In this document: positions 17,537-20,721 of the stretch, piece after piece
Layout: each line of letters starts with the position of its first letter
How positions within the stretch are numbered: the stretch's first letter is position 1
Origin: Elusimicrobiota bacterium
GTDB taxonomy: Bacteria > CG03 > SLGR01 > JAGXOG01
Assembly: GCA_051745145.1 (NCBI GenBank)
Contig: JBNJDT010000024.1
Span: 1 to 20,721, forward strand
Direction of reading: 5' to 3'
Length of the DNA: 20,721 nucleotides
Program-made: the position numbers and the translations under genes
Notes under the pieces: model-generated
The model's input: the letters and a program-made list of their open reading frames with translations, nothing else
Databases searched by the model: none
What the model was told of the DNA's origin: nothing

Positions 17537-18286
17537 TTGCGTTCTGTTTTTACAGCTGATTTACATTTAAAAATATCCCCGTCCAAAAAGTCTTATTCTT
17601 CATTTGTAACGTTTTTGGATTATCTGGAGAAAAATTACGACAGGTTATACATACTGGGAGACCTTTTCACCTACTGGTATGAACATCCTAAAGTGGATTT
17701 TTATTCTAAGAATCCAGTTCTCAGAGCATTAAAAGAAAAAGAGATAGAAGTCTTTTTTATCTCCGGCAACAGAGATTTCATGGCCGGAAAATTTTTTAAA
17801 AAGTATTCGAAGGTAGAATTTTTAGGTTCGGAATTAAACCTAAAATTTAAACAGGGTAAAATATTTTTAACTCACGGGGATAAATTAGCTAAAAAAGATA
17901 TTCGGTACCAGATCTGGCGTAAATTTGTTCAGTCTCCTTTTTCTGCCTTTATATTTAAAAGATTGCCCGTAGGATATGCAATATCGGTTGTAGATAATTT
18001 TAAAAAAGTGGGAAAATCAAACCCCAAAAAAGAAAAACAGATTGCCCGGATGATAGTTAACGGGGCCCGGAAGAAATTTCAAAAAAACAGGGATATCGAT
18101 ATTATAATTTCGGGGCACGCTCATTATAAATTGGAAAAAAGCATAAAAATAGAAAACGAAAATAAAAAATTAATTATCCTTCCTGAATTTAAATTCCCGG
18201 GAGAATTCCTGGTTATGGACCAGGGCAGGTTAAATTTTAAACATCTGGGCGGTAAGTTTTCATATACCTCAACCACCGGGACATAA
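17537..18286 (+). CDS. lpxH: UDP-2,3-diacylglucosamine diphosphatase LpxH-like metallophosphoesterase
   Basis: ADLHL, ILGDLF..W, GNRDF (LpxH-type NR), THGD...D.RY..WR, GHAH; TTG start directly after the upstream TAA. Confidence 0.85.
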   Translation: MRSVFTADLHLKISPSKKSYSSFVTFLDYLEKNYDRLYILGDLFTYWYEHPKVDFYSKNPVLRALKEKEIEVFFISGNRDFMAGKFFKKYSKVEFLGSELNLKFKQGKIFLTHGDKLAKKDIRYQIWRKFVQSPFSAFIFKRLPVGYAISVVDNFKKVGKSNPKKEKQIARMIVNGARKKFQKNRDIDIIISGHAHYKLEKSIKIENENKKLIILPEFKFPGEFLVMDQGRLNFKHLGGKFSYTSTTGT

Positions 18287-18312
18287 AATAAATAATAGTA
18301 TATCTTTCTAAT

Positions 18313-19206
18313 ATGTACCTCCCGGAAATCCTTGAAATTGTCTTAAAGTTATTTACCCCCGTTTTGATAGGAGTGGCTTTTAAATACAGAGCGAAAGATA
18401 GAGCCGAGCCGTTTATCGGAATGTTGACCGATATTTTCTGGTATGCAATAGTTCCGCTATTTGTCCTGTTTTCGCTGTGGGAGGTTAAAATATCCGGAGA
18501 AGCGTCTTTTCTGATTGTCGGCGGTGCACTGTTTGTTATAGGGTTTTCCGCTTTTTTGGCCTACGTATATAACAGAATTTTCAAGGTCGGCTTTAAAGAT
18601 ATTGTCGTCCCGGTGAGCTTTATGAATTCCGGATATTTGGGTCTGGCGGTAAGTAAACTGGTTCTGGGGGACTGGTATACGGCGATGATGTCGGTTTTTA
18701 ATATTATTGTGGCTGTACTAATATTTACTGTAGGCCTGGGTATAATAGGGGGGAAGAAAGTTTTAAAAGTATTTTACGGTATTCCGGTAATTTACGCTCT
18801 GCTGGCCGGTGTTATATTAAATTACTATAATATTAAAATACCCCCATTTTTTCGAAGCTCCGTCAATAATTTTAATAATATTACTCCGTATCTCATGCTG
18901 GGTCTGGTGGGGATGAGGCTGGAAATTAAAACCCTTGAAAGAATAAAGCTGGCCTCCGGCTGTGCTCTCTTAAGACTGGGGGGAGGGCTAATCGCCGGAT
19001 TTGTGTATATTTTTATAGTAAATCCCGGTCCGAAGGTAGTAAAATTAATAATTCTGGCTTCCAGTTTGCCTTCGGCGGTGAACTCCTTTTTATTAACCGA
19101 GAAATACGGAAAAGATCCGGCATTGAGTTCGGCAATAGTTACCGTCTCAACTCTACTGTATGTATTCTTTTTTCCGCTGCTTTATATGGTGCTGGTTTTT
19201 ATATGA
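18313..19206 (+). CDS. AEC (auxin efflux carrier / malate permease) family transporter
   Basis: About 10 TM; VPLFVL, FMNSGYLGL, PVIYA, MLGLVG, SLPSAVN..LL..KYG, IVTVSTL. Confidence 0.9.
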   Translation: MYLPEILEIVLKLFTPVLIGVAFKYRAKDRAEPFIGMLTDIFWYAIVPLFVLFSLWEVKISGEASFLIVGGALFVIGFSAFLAYVYNRIFKVGFKDIVVPVSFMNSGYLGLAVSKLVLGDWYTAMMSVFNIIVAVLIFTVGLGIIGGKKVLKVFYGIPVIYALLAGVILNYYNIKIPPFFRSSVNNFNNITPYLMLGLVGMRLEIKTLERIKLASGCALLRLGGGLIAGFVYIFIVNPGPKVVKLIILASSLPSAVNSFLLTEKYGKDPALSSAIVTVSTLLYVFFFPLLYMVLVFI

Positions 19207-19248
19207 GGAATAGATAAAATAGATATTGAAGAAGGTTTAATTCAGGGG

Positions 19249-19905
19249 TTAAATTTTCTTTTTTACCACCAGAGAATCAAACCTGTCTCCGGCATTTTCA
19301 ACGACATCGGCAATACTTCCGGTCTGTTTAAAAAATTTATTTAAATGCATTTTATTTTCAAGTTCAAGATCAGAGTTATTAAATATATTCTCGATTATTT
19401 TGTTTTCAATCATATCGGCTTCTTCTTCAAGTTCGTTTACTTCTTTTATTTTAGCACTGATTTTTGAGTAATCGGTAAAGAAATATTTTACTGCCTCTTC
19501 CAAGGGTTTGAGCGTAGAATATATTTTATGGAGAAGTTTAATAAAATCGTCCTGAATATTTTCGGGTATTTGGGGTCTTTGAATAATTAAAAAATCGTTT
19601 GACGATTCAATGCGGTCTGCAATCTTATCCTGTTTGGCCAGGTAGTTTATCAAATCTTCCCGTAATGTGGGGAGAACAGCGCTTTTGTGTAGATACTGTA
19701 TAATTTCCCGCCTTTTACCGTCAGCTTCTCCCTCAGCATCGTGGGTCTTAAAAGAATGCTGCCTGGAGATTTCATAGCTTTCTTTAAAATAAGCTTCAAC
19801 AGAATCAATATAGTGGGATAGAGTTTTATCAACCAGTTCCATGTGCTGTAAAAACATGCTTTTAATGTTTTCTTTTTTCTTTTTAGTTTTTCGTCCAAAA
19901 ATCAT
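19249..19905 (-). CDS. DUF47 / TIGR00153 PhoU-like phosphate transport regulator
   Basis: Two PhoU-like repeats: EGEADGKRREI...LPTLREDL...DKIAD and LEEEAD...IADVVENAGD. Confidence 0.9.
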   Translation of the reverse strand: MIFGRKTKKKKENIKSMFLQHMELVDKTLSHYIDSVEAYFKESYEISRQHSFKTHDAEGEADGKRREIIQYLHKSAVLPTLREDLINYLAKQDKIADRIESSNDFLIIQRPQIPENIQDDFIKLLHKIYSTLKPLEEAVKYFFTDYSKISAKIKEVNELEEEADMIENKIIENIFNNSDLELENKMHLNKFFKQTGSIADVVENAGDRFDSLVVKKKI

Positions 19906-20423
19906 ATTTCAACCTCAGTGTAGGGATTTTTCCATTTCAAGGTGCCGTTCTTTTTCACTTCGTAAATTTTATCTACGATTTCAGAAGGGTCAAACCAGAG
20001 TTTTATTTCCCGCTCGGCTTCGGCTTCATTGCCCGATGAGTGAATAACATTTTCATAAACTCCTTTAGTTGTAATTCTTCCGTAAGCCCCCCGTATGGTA
20101 GTGGGGTTGGCTTTTTCCGGATTTGTGGCACCGGCTAATTCTCTGACTTTAGATATGGCATTTTCGCCTTTATAGACTAAAAGCAAAACTCTCTGGTAGT
20201 TTTCTCCGTGGATGTTGCCCATTATATAATTTTTAAGCTCGTCGAAAAAAGGTTCGTCTTTAAGATGCTGGTAATGGGCTTCGGCCAGTTCTTCCGTAAC
20301 CCGGACCACTTTAGCACCAACTATTCGAAGCTTTGTTTCCGAAAGCTTGGTCAGAATATTACCCGTTAAAGATTTTTTCAGCCCGTCGGGTTTAATTATT
20401 ACTAGTGTTTGTTTTTCGCTCAT
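19902..20423 (-). CDS. ndk: Nucleoside diphosphate kinase (likely start ATG 20423)
   Basis: QTLVIIKPDG, AEAHY, PFF..L, RELAGATNP, TIRG, NVIHSS (catalytic His), EREIKLWF; stop overlaps the DUF47 start (ATGA). Confidence 0.95.
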   Translation of the reverse strand: MSEKQTLVIIKPDGLKKSLTGNILTKLSETKLRIVGAKVVRVTEELAEAHYQHLKDEPFFDELKNYIMGNIHGENYQRVLLLVYKGENAISKVRELAGATNPEKANPTTIRGAYGRITTKGVYENVIHSSGNEAEAEREIKLWFDPSEIVDKIYEVKKNGTLKWKNPYTEVEI

Positions 20424-20437
20424 AATTTGATTAAATA

Positions 20438-20501
20438 AATTTAACAAATAAATAAACTAATTGTCAAGATACTTGACTTTAATTATTCGAATTAATATCA
20501 T
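20438..20501. promoter_or_regulatory. Back-to-back divergent sigma70 promoters (ndk and the rightward gene)
   Basis: Plus: TTGACT (20473-20478), 17 bp, TATCAT (20496-20501). Minus: TTGACA (20467-20462), 18 bp, TAAATT (20443-20438). Confidence 0.65.
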
Positions 20502-20509
20502 AATTTATT

Positions 20510-20721
20510 ATGGATAAAAAGATAATAAAAAAGATAGAGAAAGCGGAAAAAACAGCCGAAAAGAAAATAAGCGACGCCAGGTCGGAAGCCAGAAAAAAAG
20601 TTAAAGAGTTTCGGAGCACGTTAAACAGTAAGTGGGAAGAAGTGGATGAAGAGTTAAAAAAAGAAAAGATAAAAGTTCAAGAAAAATATGCTCAGGAATC
20701 TGACCGCGAAATTCAAAAACT
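20510..20721 (+). CDS. Coiled-coil protein, probable A/V-type ATP synthase peripheral stalk subunit H/G, truncated by the window edge
   Basis: By eye: MDKKIIKKIEKAEKTAEKKISDARSEARKKVKEFRSTLNSKWEEVDEELKKEK...; the I..I..AE..A...I..A..EA pattern is typical of that subunit, which often opens the operon. Confidence 0.55.
   Translation, partial: MDKKIIKKIEKAEKTAEKKISDARSEARKKVKEFRSTLNSKWEEVDEELKKEKIKVQEKYAQESDREIQK

Noticed and set aside
19207..19248. Terminator between the convergent AEC and DUF47 genes
   Set aside because: Only a weak TGAA/TTCA pairing, with no stable stem or U-tail.
19650..20047. ORFs 19650-19898 (-) and 19841-20047 (+)
   Set aside because: Alternate-frame or antisense overlaps of DUF47 and ndk.

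Overview
AT-rich bacterial chromosomal origin region, probably from a diderm because lpxH is present; the lineage cannot be fixed from the sequence alone. Minus-strand block: dnaA-dnaN-recF-dciA(DUF721)-gyrB (partial). Divergent plus-strand block: rnpA-yidD-yidC-jag-mnmE-[AP_endonuc_2 TIM barrel]-[patatin]-rsmG-parA-parB-[multi-TM protein]-[805-aa acidic repeat bitopic protein]-lpxH-AEC transporter. It then meets a convergent ndk-DUF47 pair, followed by the 5' end of a probable A/V-ATPase stalk subunit. Departures from the textbook origin: no rpmH before rnpA; no mnmG, with two unrelated enzyme genes in its place; an rsmG with no standard start codon and altered conserved residues; origin repeats ending in TTAACA rather than TCCACA, next to a DnaA with altered recognition residues; the same GTCAAG-N3-CTTGAC element at both divergent junctions; and strong CCGG over-representation. 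The best candidate for an undescribed system is parS-parA-parB plus the two membrane proteins, possibly an origin/pole-anchoring module analogous to HubP/FimV (inference only). No mobile elements, CRISPR arrays, rRNA or tRNA were seen.
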